Positions 1-9,486 of a DNA stretch of 64,000 bases are shown here, in pieces. The notes beneath the pieces are model-generated. The model was not told the origin of the DNA. It searched no databases and was given only the letters and a program-made list of their open reading frames with translations. Within the stretch, counting starts at the first letter, position 1. Every line of letters begins with the position of its first letter. The stretch covers positions 1 to 64,000 of the IMG/VR virus record IMGVR_UViG_3300025030_000060; one strand, 5' to 3'. Source of the DNA: a virus. The position numbers were made by a program, and so were the translations under genes.

Positions 1-1358
1 ACGTCGACGGTTGCCACCCATCCCCAAGCCTCTTTGTGGACTATAACGTCCGTCTGCGACTGCTCCAGCCATGTCTTGGGGATCAGGAACCCCGAGAGGT
101 TATCCGGGAGACGACCCAGCACCTTGATCTGGTATTCCGGGGAATGGTGCCCGCCGTACTTAACAAGGTGAGCTTCGATCCAGGGACGATCCACAAGGGG
201 GGATTCTTCGGCGTTCAGGTTGAAGGTCTGGTAGATGGATTTCAGGGTGCCAAAGGCTTCAGCAAACCGCCCTACGCTTCGCGTCGGCTGGCTTATCATG
301 ATGTGCCGGTTTCCGTCCTGGGTGAGCGCCCCTTCGAGAATGTCGTGGATAACGTCCTCGACGCTGGACGCCTCGTCTATCAGGACGGTGTACTGCTTCG
401 CGTGTTGGCCTGCCACGCCCTCCGGCTTGTGCTTGCTGGCTGTCTTCGCCATGACATACCAGAGGTCCTTGAAGCTCTTGTTGTAGAACCGCTTGGTGTC
501 CTTGACGAAATGGCCCTGCAACCACGGGAAGTTGTTCTCAACCTGCGCTATGGCAGAGTCGATGTACTTCCATACGCCTATCCGGCACTGATCGACGTTG
601 TTGGCGGTGAGAAGCATCTGGGAGAAGATGTCGGGATGGACTTCGCCATGGAGCGCCTTGAGGGCGAGGTAAGGGTCAACTACTGTGGCGTGCCAACAGC
701 AATACCAGCCCATAAGGAACGATTTTCCTGTGTTGGAAAAAACCGTACCGTCTTCGGCCTGAAAATGATGGTTGCCGTCCACTTCAAAGCCGTAGTAGTC
801 GCCGACGACATCGACCAGCACGGCGCTGACAATGTTGATCTGCATCTCAACGCCGGGGGCGATGGCCCGATAAGCCACATACTTTTCCCGCTCCGCAGCC
901 TCCATCCATCGCCAAGTGCTGACTGGTAGCTGCACCCGCTCCCTTGTCGCCTTGATAATCAGGCACAGGTAGTGGCTGTCGTTGAAGACGTGGCTCTTGC
1001 CGTTGTCATAGGTGAAGCGATACATCGCTTCCCTGCCACGCACCACGTCCAGAACGTTCCGGGGGAGCCAGTCGTCCCCCATCAACACATCGCCAATCCT
1101 CACGTCTTCCACGGGCTTCACGGTGCCGTCGAACATGCGAACGCCGGTCCCCTTGCCGAAACAGCCATGCCCGGAAGCGATGGCAACCTTGCACCCTGGC
1201 TTGCTCACAGCGTCCATGATAAGGTGCTGCTGCCAGCTCGGTTTCTGTACGGAGTTTTCGCAGACAAAACGGGTGAAATCGTTGTGGTATCTGAGGCAGT
1301 ATTCCCAATAGCGGGGATCGTTGAGGATGCTCTTCTTCTGCTTCTTCGGTTTAGCCAA
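1..1358 (-). CDS. terL: Terminase large subunit (P1 PacB-like), intein-containing, 3' end truncated by window edge
   Basis: Not in the ORF track because it runs off the edge. Manual translation from TTG at 1358: MAKPKKQKKSILNDPRYWEYC...KVAIASGHG[intein]TGKS...VLIDEASSV...ISQPTR, with Walker A, Walker B and coupling motif. Confidence 0.9.
   Translation of the reverse strand, partial: MAKPKKQKKSILNDPRYWEYCLRYHNDFTRFVCENSVQKPSWQQHLIMDAVSKPGCKVAIASGHGCFGKGTGVRMFDGTVKPVEDVRIGDVLMGDDWLPRNVLDVVRGREAMYRFTYDNGKSHVFNDSHYLCLIIKATRERVQLPVSTWRWMEAAEREKYVAYRAIAPGVEMQINIVSAVLVDVVGDYYGFEVDGNHHFQAEDGTVFSNTGKSFLMGWYCCWHATVVDPYLALKALHGEVHPDIFSQMLLTANNVDQCRIGVWKYIDSAIAQVENNFPWLQGHFVKDTKRFYNKSFKDLWYVMAKTASKHKPEGVAGQHAKQYTVLIDEASSVEDVIHDILEGALTQDGNRHIMISQPTRSVGRFAEAFGTLKSIYQTFNLNAEESPLVDRPWIEAHLVKYGGHHSPEYQIKVLGRLPDNLSGFLIPKTWLEQSQTDVIVHKEAWGWVATVD
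732..1163 (-). mobile_element. Mini-intein (Hint domain only, 144 aa) in TerL Walker A
   Basis: Begins CFGKGTGVRMFDGTVKPVEDVRIGDVLMGDD and ends YYGFEVDGNHHFQAEDGTVFSN, followed by Thr; removal restores SGHG-TGKS. Confidence 0.9.
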
Positions 1359-1755
1359 GGGGCACCGCCACCGGAGAGGGCTTATTGGCTTGTGCTACCA
1401 GTTCGACCATGCGCTTACATTCTTCCAACGACATAAAGCCGACATGGGGCTGTGTGTCCATATCCAGCAAGACCTTTAAACGGCGGTACGCCTCTTTCCT
1501 GTTCATCGCCCCAGACTTCCACCACGGATCAAAGACAGTATGTGCCTTGATCTTCCACGCTCGCAGTTCGGCATTAGCAAGACGGCCAAGGGGAGCATGG
1601 TCTTTGCTGTCCTTATGAGTCCCTACGTGTGCGTCACACGGCAGGCAGGCCCATATCTTCAGCTTCGCAAGGGCGGGGCTCCGGGGGTAGATAACCTTCC
1701 CCGTTACCAGCTTCGCGGGAAGCCCGCAGTAGTCGCAAATCACCTGTCGCTTCAT
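1351..1755 (-). CDS. Zinc-finger protein (DUF3268-like)
   Basis: CDYCG...CLPCDAHVGTH...PLGRLANAELR...AHTVFDPWW pattern. Confidence 0.75.
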   Translation of the reverse strand: MKRQVICDYCGLPAKLVTGKVIYPRSPALAKLKIWACLPCDAHVGTHKDSKDHAPLGRLANAELRAWKIKAHTVFDPWWKSGAMNRKEAYRRLKVLLDMDTQPHVGFMSLEECKRMVELVAQANKPSPVAVPLG

Positions 1756-1766
1756 GCTGCCCCCGC

Positions 1767-2084
1767 TTAGACTTCGATCTGGTTTAGAAGAATCTGTTGA
1801 GGTACCCGCATGAGTTTCATTTCGCCAAGGCGGAAGTCCATCATACTGTCGGCCAGTGTCTTGCTGGTTCCCATCCCGTAGACCTCGGCAATACTGCCAA
1901 GCCCCCCGCGCATTACCACCGTGCCGCCCATCGGTGCGATTTCTCCCGCGTCGATGGCGTCTGCAATAGCTCGCAGCATCGCCGGGATGCTCACTTCCTG
2001 CTGCTTCACCAGTTCCAAAACCGCGCCGCCCGTTTTTCTGTCATGCCGCCCTCCGCTGTGCCTTAAAGTTTTCAATCCATTCAA
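1767..2084 (-). CDS. Hypothetical protein
   Basis: Fits the minus-strand operon; start uncertain. Confidence 0.6.
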   Translation of the reverse strand: MNGLKTLRHSGGRHDRKTGGAVLELVKQQEVSIPAMLRAIADAIDAGEIAPMGGTVVMRGGLGSIAEVYGMGTSKTLADSMMDFRLGEMKLMRVPQQILLNQIEV

Positions 2085-2376
2085 TGTACCGCTCCAGGCC
2101 GCCGCACTCGTTCAGGACGCGGTGCCACATCTCTTTCTTGATCTCGCACCACTTCCGCAGGATGCAGCGGCGACGTGTGCCTACCTTCTTAGTGGTCCCT
2201 TCCGCTTTACCGTTGACCGTCTTACCGGTGGCGTTCCCTTTGTGCCAAGTGGCGGGGTCCGGGTCGTAGGACCACAACATATCTGAGACTTCCTTGTAGG
2301 TAAAGCCCGTTCTGAACTTGCGGTAGTATTTCCGTTCCAGTTCTTCTGGCGTTAGCTCTTCGCCCAAAGTTCCCAT
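2041..2376 (-). CDS. Hypothetical protein
   Basis: 3' part of ORF 2041..2712 from MGTLGEELT; overlaps neighbours. Confidence 0.6.
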   Translation of the reverse strand: MGTLGEELTPEELERKYYRKFRTGFTYKEVSDMLWSYDPDPATWHKGNATGKTVNGKAEGTTKKVGTRRRCILRKWCEIKKEMWHRVLNECGGLERYIEWIENFKAQRRAA

Positions 2377-2807
2377 ATTTTCACACTCTCCATGGATAGC
2401 GGGTGAGGGTATGTCACGTCGAAGAATCCCAGTTGGCCTTTGCACTCGAAGAACTTCAGCCCACGGCCTTCCTTCATGATTAGCCCCAATGGGCCGAAGA
2501 AGAAGGGGTCGGGCAGGTCTCCAGCGCAACCCCTCACGCAGTCGGTGAAGATGGTGAGCCCGACGATGCCGCCCGTCTCCAGCTCCTTCAGGCCGGGGAG
2601 GGGGATATCGGGATAGGTCTCGCGGACCCAGTTGTAGCCGTCGCGGTCGATCTTCTTCCCTGCGTGGACCAGCAGAGGACCGTACATTGCAGGCTTCGGG
2701 TCGTACCGCCAATCACGATTTTCGACCTGCTTGAATGCTTTGCCTGTCTTAGGGTCGATGTTGGTCAAGAGCCAACTCCACGGTTGCATAACTGACAGGG
2801 TCCTCAT
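2352..2807 (-). CDS. ASCH domain protein
   Basis: MRTLSVMQPWSWLL...KQVENRDW...LLVHAGK...GGIVG...KGQLGFF. Confidence 0.85.
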   Translation of the reverse strand: MRTLSVMQPWSWLLTNIDPKTGKAFKQVENRDWRYDPKPAMYGPLLVHAGKKIDRDGYNWVRETYPDIPLPGLKELETGGIVGLTIFTDCVRGCAGDLPDPFFFGPLGLIMKEGRGLKFFECKGQLGFFDVTYPHPLSMESVKIWELWAKS

Positions 2808-3154
2808 GGTGCATCCTCCTTGACAAGGTTGCATGCCTGCTCGTAGTTCCCTCTATTGGGGCAGGCCGCGTCATGGCTCATCAACCACCACGCGCACCAC
2901 TCGGTGTCATCCAGAGGGCAATGACCGCAATTTTGGATTTCCCCGGTGGGTTTGAATTTGGTCTCGCCGGATGAGGTGTCACCGAGGCCCGCCCGCGCCT
3001 TCCATGCGTACCACGCCAGATAGGTCCGGTGATCCACGTAGCCGCCATCTTCAATGTGTCGCGCCAAGGGGAGCTTGTCGGCCCTGATCGGCTCGGACGC
3101 CCACGCCTCGAACCGCTCCCGCTCTTTTGCTTCGCCTGCCTTACTCAGTTTCAT
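2804..3154 (-). CDS. Hypothetical phage protein
   Basis: RERFEAW...AWYAWKARA motif typical of phage early genes; ATGA overlap. Confidence 0.65.
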   Translation of the reverse strand: MKLSKAGEAKERERFEAWASEPIRADKLPLARHIEDGGYVDHRTYLAWYAWKARAGLGDTSSGETKFKPTGEIQNCGHCPLDDTEWCAWWLMSHDAACPNRGNYEQACNLVKEDAP

Positions 3155-3848
3155 GCGCCTTCCCTCCCTTCTTTGCGCCCTTCGATAATGGCTTGATCCT
3201 GATTGCAGCTTCAAGATTTTGGATGGCAAAGGTGAACAGGGAGAATGAAATATGGTCTCTGCTTCCCATCCCCATCCCCCGTATTATAAATGCCAAGGAG
3301 GCTTTAATGATGTTGGCAGCATCAGACCTCCCGGAACGGTAGGCTTCTTTAAGGTCGGCATCGCTACGAGGGGCTTTCACGGCTTTGACCTTGGGAACCG
3401 CCATAGCTTGGGCTGAGAGGGCTGCCACGTCATGCTCATGCACACGTTTTGCTGTCGCTAATTCATTTAAACGCTCAACATTAAGGGCTTCCAGATGGAG
3501 TATCTCGTAATGTTGCCGCTGCCACTCTGCTTGGAGTTTTTCCGCCGCACGGGCAATCCCATTGCCGTACTGCTCCTGCCCTGGACGTGTCTGCTCTTGT
3601 ATTCTCCGGGCATAGTTGTGCAATGAGTCTAGCCAACCCTTGACTTCGTTCCTATTCAATTCGCGGGGTGCCGTCATCATCTCTTTGAATATGGGGATAA
3701 GGGTAAGTTCCTGCTCTATCTCTCCGGCAATCTCGCCGACCCTCTTGGCATGATTGCCAAATGGTTGAACGGGTCTTCCCATTTCTACCACTGTATGCCT
3801 AGCCATTGATGCGGCTATTTGCTTCAGTTCATAAAGCCTGGATTTCAT
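3141..3848 (-). CDS. Hypothetical coiled-coil protein
   Basis: MKSRLYELK start with purine-rich RBS. Confidence 0.7.
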   Translation of the reverse strand: MKSRLYELKQIAASMARHTVVEMGRPVQPFGNHAKRVGEIAGEIEQELTLIPIFKEMMTAPRELNRNEVKGWLDSLHNYARRIQEQTRPGQEQYGNGIARAAEKLQAEWQRQHYEILHLEALNVERLNELATAKRVHEHDVAALSAQAMAVPKVKAVKAPRSDADLKEAYRSGRSDAANIIKASLAFIIRGMGMGSRDHISFSLFTFAIQNLEAAIRIKPLSKGAKKGGKAHETE

Positions 3849-4105
3849 ATTTCCTTTCTCCTCCCGGTGATCCGCTCGAATTCTTCCACGGCGGCCTTCC
3901 CTGTGACAAGGTTGCCGGTCATTGGGCGAACCCAGTACACCAGCTCTTCCACGGTCTCCCGGAGCTTTGCCACTTCCTCGGCAAGGTTTTTTTGAGGCTC
4001 GAAAGACTCTTCTCGCACCCGTCTGAGATGTCCGTGCATTCCCGGAAAGCCGAAGCTGGGAAGTACCCCGCATCCGTTGTTATCTCCCATGGTCATCCCC
4101 TCCAA
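3845..4105 (-). CDS. Hypothetical protein
   Basis: Coupled ORF in operon. Confidence 0.6.
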   Translation of the reverse strand: MEGMTMGDNNGCGVLPSFGFPGMHGHLRRVREESFEPQKNLAEEVAKLRETVEELVYWVRPMTGNLVTGKAAVEEFERITGRRKEI

Positions 4106-4263
4106 AGCTGGTCGATCAGGTCGGCTTCCCAGCGCATATCCCGGCTGTAGTCGGTTACAGAGTCGCCCCGTGCGGCTGCCGCCATCATTTCCGCCTTCAT
4201 GGCCTCCACTCGGATGATGGCTGCGTTCATCTGGCAGAGCTTCATCAGCATGTGTTCGTCCAT

Positions 4264-4668
4264 CTAGTCGCCCGCCTTTGGCCGTCCAGTCTCCAGCCCC
4301 GTCAGAAGTCTCTCTCCCTTCTCGGCTTCTGCCCTCTCCTTGTCAATCCTGAGACGGTAGTATTGCAGGAAGGCATTCTTCATATCCCATGCGAACTTTT
4401 CAGCGTAGAGCAGCCGCCCGCAGGGGCAATCCACCACGTAGTTGACGCCCCGGATGTAGGCGACATAGACCGAATCACAGTCGGCATGCTCGGTATACCG
4501 CTTGGGGTCGGCTTCAGCGAGGGAAAGCAGCCTGTTCAGTTCCCCCTTGTCATAGTGCCCCTGCCCTTCATGATTTGTTGCGAAGTGGGTATGACCACAA
4601 ACGCACTCGGCTACGAGAGCGCCCCCCATTGACAGCGCCGCCAGAAACTCCTTGCTTACTTCTTTCAC
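4264..4668 (-). CDS. Hypothetical Cys-containing protein
   Basis: GTG start after GGGGGT RBS; CVCG and CPCG motifs. Confidence 0.65.
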   Translation of the reverse strand: MKEVSKEFLAALSMGGALVAECVCGHTHFATNHEGQGHYDKGELNRLLSLAEADPKRYTEHADCDSVYVAYIRGVNYVVDCPCGRLLYAEKFAWDMKNAFLQYYRLRIDKERAEAEKGERLLTGLETGRPKAGD

Positions 4669-4670
4669 CC

Positions 4671-4955
4671 CTACCCCCTTGCCGATTTGCTCGGCCCAAG
4701 CCCCAATTGGTACACTCGTTCTGCCTCGTCCATCGAAGAAAACCAGTTGGGTTGACGACTGCCATCCACAACCATCTGGCACCTCTTAACCAACTCCGGG
4801 TCTACCCCCTCCGTATTCACAATCTCAAGATACCCGCGCATGGCGTGGAACCCGGCGCACTGCACATAGGCATCATGGCCGCGCAATTGGATTTCCTTTT
4901 TCCACCAACTGTGTTTATAGGACGGGTTATCCAGACAGTAGACAATTAGTTCCAT
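4671..4955 (-). CDS. Hypothetical protein
   Basis: ORF track; operon context. Confidence 0.65.
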   Translation of the reverse strand: MELIVYCLDNPSYKHSWWKKEIQLRGHDAYVQCAGFHAMRGYLEIVNTEGVDPELVKRCQMVVDGSRQPNWFSSMDEAERVYQLGLGPSKSARG

Positions 4956-4967
4956 TCTTTTGGTTCC

Positions 4968-5354
4968 TCAAATAGCGGTAAGCTTTACCGACTTGCTCGG
5001 CCCCGATCTCGTGAATCCCCCCTGCCGGTCCCTATCACTCGAAAGCAGCTTTAGCCTGCTGTCGTCCACTTCGGTCCACGGTCCAGCACTCCGGGTCTTC
5101 AGCGCCTGCTCACATGCCTGCTTCGGGGTGTAGAGGATGACATCCTCCGCCCGGAACAGCCCGTAGTAGGCTTCCTTCGGGAACTCGGCATCGAAGACAG
5201 GATCATAGACGGCCCCGCCCCTTTCCAGCCACGCATGATGAATGCAGGCCCCTTGGTAGTGCAGGTAGCCCTGCGCCAAGTGGTCCCACGCGCCCCGGCG
5301 CATCTCCTTGTAGGAGAGTTCATAGCATCGGCCCACCCGATCCTTGATACTCAT
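4968..5354 (-). CDS. Hypothetical protein, possible transglutaminase/papain-like fold
   Basis: GRCYE...HHAWLE...VYDP Cys-His-Asp-like arrangement. Confidence 0.55.
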   Translation of the reverse strand: MSIKDRVGRCYELSYKEMRRGAWDHLAQGYLHYQGACIHHAWLERGGAVYDPVFDAEFPKEAYYGLFRAEDVILYTPKQACEQALKTRSAGPWTEVDDSRLKLLSSDRDRQGGFTRSGPSKSVKLTAI

Positions 5355-5722
5355 GTCGTGAACCTCCAGAAGGCCCCACGCATGGCGTCGTTTGCATCTC
5401 GCTTTGCTGCCAGCATCCTTTCCACTTCAGGTCTCATGACCGGATGCACGAACAGCCCGTGGGGCGTCTGGAGTATCTTACGGCTTGGCACGGTCCTTGT
5501 GACGGTCTCTTCCCGCTCCTTAACCCACGGCTGGAAGGGTCGGATTACCGGATGGAGCAGCGGCTCAATCCACCGTTCCCGGAAGGGGAGCTTGACCGTT
5601 ATGGTCTCCTGCACCGTCTCCGTCAAGTACGGGTTGTCGTAAAGTGTCAGGTTCGGGGGTGTCTCCATGTGCCGGACCCTCTCTATCGCCTGCCTCATTG
5701 CTTCCATGGTCAAACTGCTCAC
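5351..5722 (-). CDS. Hypothetical protein
   Basis: ORF track; coupled overlap. Confidence 0.6.
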   Translation of the reverse strand: MSSLTMEAMRQAIERVRHMETPPNLTLYDNPYLTETVQETITVKLPFRERWIEPLLHPVIRPFQPWVKEREETVTRTVPSRKILQTPHGLFVHPVMRPEVERMLAAKRDANDAMRGAFWRFTT

Positions 5723-5945
5723 ATCCTACCTCCCCGAATAACGGCAGCGAGCCCTGCTGCCATACCTTTACGTCGCCCCGCTTCTTGCGCCCCTTGGTCA
5801 AAAGCTTCCTCTTGCTCTTGGACGCCCGGACGGATTGCAGCAGGTTCCAGCAGCCGGTGCCGATCCGCCGCTTGATGGATTCCTCGCCCGTCAATTTGCG
5901 CCCGCAGACAAGGCACCGGACAACCGCCTTCGGTGTCTCGCTCAT
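5565..5945 (-). CDS. Zinc-ribbon protein (DUF6011-like)
   Basis: CLVCGRKLTGEESIKRRIGTGC; the C-terminal tail overlaps the next gene. Confidence 0.65.
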   Translation of the reverse strand: MSETPKAVVRCLVCGRKLTGEESIKRRIGTGCWNLLQSVRASKSKRKLLTKGRKKRGDVKVWQQGSLPLFGEVGCEQFDHGSNEAGDREGPAHGDTPEPDTLRQPVLDGDGAGDHNGQAPLPGTVD

Positions 5946-6386
5946 CTATGCCTCCGGCCTGACACGGCTCTTCGCTATGGGGTCGATGACTTCCACCCTC
6001 GTGAAAATCTCCCCGGAGAGGAACATCTCCAGCAGCTCCCCGGCCTGCTCCGGGCCTACCCCGCGACTCTCCAGCGCCTTGATCCGCTCCTTATCCATGG
6101 GGATGACGAACCCTGGCAGAGCCTTGACCACGGGGGGCATTGGGAGGACGGACCCGGACGCGATGACAAGCAGCCGCTCAAGCAGCCCCTTTGCCTCATC
6201 GGCGTAATCCTTCACGCCGGGGCAAGAGTCGCACGACCCGTGCTTCAGTTTGTTGAGCAGGCACCCCAGTTGCGTGATCTTAGGGACCATGGGGCACCGA
6301 AACGGCTTGTCGGCAATGGGTTTGGTCACAGGTTCCAGCCCTCCACGAGGATATCCCATATCCCCTTCCAAAGCCGCTTCGGCCAA
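5946..6386 (-). CDS. Hypothetical protein
   Basis: ORF track; start uncertain. Confidence 0.6.
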   Translation of the reverse strand: MAEAALEGDMGYPRGGLEPVTKPIADKPFRCPMVPKITQLGCLLNKLKHGSCDSCPGVKDYADEAKGLLERLLVIASGSVLPMPPVVKALPGFVIPMDKERIKALESRGVGPEQAGELLEMFLSGEIFTRVEVIDPIAKSRVRPEA

Positions 6387-6715
6387 TAGGTGAAGGGATG
6401 ATCCACGGCCCGCAGCCCTTCCAAAAGGCGGGGGTGCAGTTCCAGGTAGCTCTTATCCGGGTCGATGATCCTGTTTTTCGGGTCAGTCAAGACGGCGTAC
6501 CCCAAGGCCACGCGCCAGAGCCCACCGCACTCCATAAGGCGTTCGTGGAAGGTCTGGAGGTGCCCCAAGTCGTCTTCATCGAAATGGTCAGGGTCGCTCT
6601 CTTCCCACTCGCCTTTTGCCGTGCGCGGGAAGGTGTTGCTATCAACATCTTCGAGGATGCCCGCTATCACCATCGCCTTTTCGATTTCTTCGGGTCGAGC
6701 TACGGCCATTTTCAT
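6326..6715 (-). CDS. Hypothetical protein
   Basis: ATGA overlap with upstream gene; GGAGG RBS. Confidence 0.7.
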   Translation of the reverse strand: MKMAVARPEEIEKAMVIAGILEDVDSNTFPRTAKGEWEESDPDHFDEDDLGHLQTFHERLMECGGLWRVALGYAVLTDPKNRIIDPDKSYLELHPRLLEGLRAVDHPFTYWPKRLWKGIWDILVEGWNL

Positions 6716-7062
6716 GAGTGTTCCTCCAATTCCTTTACCCACGCCGCAAACCCCTCAAGGATCGGCTGCACGTTGGTGTCGTCGGACCATCCCGCAAAGC
6801 CAATGAAGCCGTCCCGGTTGAAGCTCACGGCCTCGCGCTTGTCAAAGTAGAAGGCGTGGCACTCGATACCGGCGAAGAACGATGGGCTGACCCTGCCTTG
6901 CAACGTGATCTTCTTGTTGCACCTGTAGGAGCCCTTCATTAGGCCACTGGCTATCATCTTCTCGTTTATCAGGTCCCTCAGTCGCTGAAGGCTTGCGGCG
7001 TCCACGTTTGCATAGGTGAGCCCCGCTTCCTTGAACCGCGCTCTCGCTTCGTCCCTGTTCAT
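6712..7062 (-). CDS. Conserved hypothetical phage protein
   Basis: YFDKREAVSFNRDGFIGFAGWSDDTNVQP motif. Confidence 0.8.
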   Translation of the reverse strand: MNRDEARARFKEAGLTYANVDAASLQRLRDLINEKMIASGLMKGSYRCNKKITLQGRVSPSFFAGIECHAFYFDKREAVSFNRDGFIGFAGWSDDTNVQPILEGFAAWVKELEEHS

Positions 7063-7583
7063 ATCCGCCTCCTGTTGTGCCCGTTAACAAAGGTTCTTTC
7101 CCTCCCATGGGCATCGTATTTATCAGTCAACTCGCCACAGCCACACGCACATGCTACCGACTCCTGAACTTTCTTGGATTTGCCCCGTTTCCCGTGTCCG
7201 GGCAGGTACAACCTTGGCCTGCCGCAGGAATCAAATTTATCAAGTGCCCCACCGCAGCCGCAGCCACACGAAATCAAAAGGTTCTCTTCCCCCGGCAATC
7301 GGTTGCCAAAGCACTTGGCACGGTGTCTTACCTTGTGCCCTGCACGGGACCTGCAAATGTCTAGGTTTTCGGGGGCGTTGTTTTGAGTATTTTCATCCTC
7401 ATGGTGGACTTCTTCACTCGGAGTCAGAACCCGCCCCGCCTCTTCGCTGGCAATAAGGCGATGCTCATAGGCGTATCCCGTTTTGTGAGCCATGGGGTGA
7501 TCTTTGCCCACCTTCACCAAGACATAGCCGTGAGAGGATACCCTCCGATAGCCTAAAGGCTTAGGTTTGCCGTACTGATTCAC
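7059..7583 (-). CDS. HNH endonuclease with two CxCGCG zinc motifs
   Basis: GYVLVKVGKDHP...YEHRLI...EEVHHEDENTQNNAPENL; CGCGCG and CACGCG. Confidence 0.85.
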   Translation of the reverse strand: MNQYGKPKPLGYRRVSSHGYVLVKVGKDHPMAHKTGYAYEHRLIASEEAGRVLTPSEEVHHEDENTQNNAPENLDICRSRAGHKVRHRAKCFGNRLPGEENLLISCGCGCGGALDKFDSCGRPRLYLPGHGKRGKSKKVQESVACACGCGELTDKYDAHGRERTFVNGHNRRRI

Positions 7584-7708
7584 TTCGGCCTCGAAAAGTA
7601 AAGGTCCAGCGCCCGCCTCACGATCTCGGATAGACTGATACCCGTCTCCTTCGCTTCCTCTTTCAGCTTGTCGTTGTACTGCTTCGGCATGGATAACGTG
7701 ACATTCAT
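7580..7708 (-). CDS. CopG/ribbon-helix-helix regulator
   Basis: MNVTLSMPKQYNDKLKEEAKETGISLSEIVRRALDLYF. Confidence 0.85.
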   Translation of the reverse strand: MNVTLSMPKQYNDKLKEEAKETGISLSEIVRRALDLYFSRPK

Positions 7709-7797
7709 CTCTATCTCTCCCGTGGTAAAATGTAACATTGGGAGGCAATATACGCAGATGATACGTACATTGCAACACAATTTTACGCACACTGGCA

Positions 7798-7833
7798 TAA
7801 AAAAAGGCCCACGACCTAAATCGTGGACCCTTC
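7798..7833 (-). terminator. Probable intrinsic terminator
   Basis: CCACGA/TCGTGG hairpin followed by a T-run on the minus strand. Confidence 0.6.
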
Positions 7834-7856
7834 TGACAGATTCGCTCAATTCTTTG

Positions 7857-8339
7857 TCATGCCTTTTTGATCCCCATCGCCTCGTAATACTGATCTTCCG
7901 GGTGAGGCAGGCAGATGTTCAGACTCACTGCGTCATGCTCGATGGATGTCAAAAGTTCGGCCATCTGGCTAACCGTGGCCGTGGTTGTAGAAGTCAAGGC
8001 GACTATCTTTTTCCGCAGGTTAACAGCTTCAGCCTTCATCCCTTGTTGCCAGATCGACCGGAGCGACTGGATCATCTCCGCGTAGTCCGGGTTGTCACGC
8101 TCGTAGATGTTGACAAGGAACTTGTCCTTGTACCGCTCGGCGACTTCCTCTTTAGGTTCTCCCAGTCCATCGCCTATAACAGTAAGCCACTGCCAATAGA
8201 GACGGTTCTGACTCGCTGAACGGTCCTTTTTGTACTCACGGATGCTGATTTTATGGACCGGAGCCAGCGGCAAATCCCTGATCGTGGCAAGGGCCTGCTG
8301 CCTATGCTCTTCGGTTGTGATGGTGATGTCCTGTTTCAT
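7857..8339 (-). CDS. ninB: NinB/YbcN-like recombination protein
   Basis: KKDRSASQNRLYWQWLTVI...STTTATVSQMAELL. Confidence 0.8.
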   Translation of the reverse strand: MKQDITITTEEHRQQALATIRDLPLAPVHKISIREYKKDRSASQNRLYWQWLTVIGDGLGEPKEEVAERYKDKFLVNIYERDNPDYAEMIQSLRSIWQQGMKAEAVNLRKKIVALTSTTTATVSQMAELLTSIEHDAVSLNICLPHPEDQYYEAMGIKKA

Positions 8340-8359
8340 GGCCGTGGCAATCTCCCTAG

Positions 8360-8851
8360 CTAATCCCCATTGGGCGCGGCCTCCCCGCACTCGTTGCAGA
8401 CGATGTTGCGGCCCATGCAGGCGGAACAGGGGGCATTCTGAAAGCAGGTGCAACCATGCAGCGGCTCCAACGCCATAGCCCCTTGGCAGCCGTCCCGGTT
8501 GCAGGTTTCGCCTTCCATCACGCCGATGGTTGCCGGGAGCATCAGCCGTTGCCGTGCCTGAAGGACTTCCTGATAGCGGCGTTCAAGGTCTTCTTCCGTG
8601 ACGGCCTCTTCCTGAGATGGTCGGAACCAACCCAGCCGGTTCATGGCCGTTTCGTCAAGCTGTTCCAGTGTTATGCCGGGGGTCGTCACGATGACCAAGA
8701 CTTTCTTTTTTATTGAGGCTCTAAGGTCGTTCCCCATTCGCCAACTGATATATTCGCTGACATGTTTACCACTGTTGATTACCAGCACGTCGCCATCCTT
8801 GAGCCGCAGCCGCCTAAGTTCCTTCCGTATCTTCCCCGGCTTTATCATCAC
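8360..8851 (-). CDS. Hypothetical protein with C-terminal Cys-rich domain
   Basis: CNRDGC...GCTCFQNAPCSAC. Confidence 0.7.
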   Translation of the reverse strand: MMIKPGKIRKELRRLRLKDGDVLVINSGKHVSEYISWRMGNDLRASIKKKVLVIVTTPGITLEQLDETAMNRLGWFRPSQEEAVTEEDLERRYQEVLQARQRLMLPATIGVMEGETCNRDGCQGAMALEPLHGCTCFQNAPCSACMGRNIVCNECGEAAPNGD

Positions 8852-9486
8852 ATCATCCCCTTATCCCGGCAGTAGTCGGCCCATGCTGCCATGACGCCGT
8901 TGGCAAGCTCCTTGTCCGTGGCGTCCTCGAACTCGGCCCGCCTGTACCCTTCCACCGCCACTATCTCTTCAAGGCACCACTCGCGCTGCTCCATGGTCAT
9001 CGGGGGAAGGGTGATCTCATAGGTGTAGTGCCGCAAGGCCATCTCTGCACCGTAGCAGACGGCCATGTGCTCGCACTGGTCTATCTCGCATACCCTTCGC
9101 TCAAAGTCGTCAAACGGGGTGCCTGGAGCTGATCCTTGGGGGACGGGTGCAACAGCTACTTGAGCGCCCCCGGAGCGGTGCGGTACGACCTGCCTGCCAA
9201 TGTCGGGCACCGGTTCCTTTGGCACTTCCAAGGTTCTCCGCATCTGCACCTTCAGCCGCTTGAGCCACTTCTTTTCGGACTTCGAGTGCTTCGGCTTCTT
9301 CCCCTCCGGCAAGGCGGGTTTCTCCTCATAGATCGGTCGTGAAAAGGCTTGGCTGGCCGGTACGATCTCCTTTCCCCCCATTACTACAAATCCTTTTGGC
9401 ACAAAGACTGCCGCCCCCTTTACTCTCTGCTCCGCTGCTTTCCGTGCCTGTGCTCCCACCTGTGCCAGTGACATCAATCTGGACAT
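8848..9486 (-). CDS. Hypothetical protein
   Basis: ATG after GGAGG RBS. Confidence 0.6.
   Translation of the reverse strand: MSRLMSLAQVGAQARKAAEQRVKGAAVFVPKGFVVMGGKEIVPASQAFSRPIYEEKPALPEGKKPKHSKSEKKWLKRLKVQMRRTLEVPKEPVPDIGRQVVPHRSGGAQVAVAPVPQGSAPGTPFDDFERRVCEIDQCEHMAVCYGAEMALRHYTYEITLPPMTMEQREWCLEEIVAVEGYRRAEFEDATDKELANGVMAAWADYCRDKGMM

Noticed and set aside
36-929. 297-aa plus-strand ORF, and other long plus-strand ORFs such as 33858..35465, 40601..41773 and 59059..60912
   Set aside because: Antisense shadows of well-supported minus-strand genes in GC-rich DNA; no recognisable motifs
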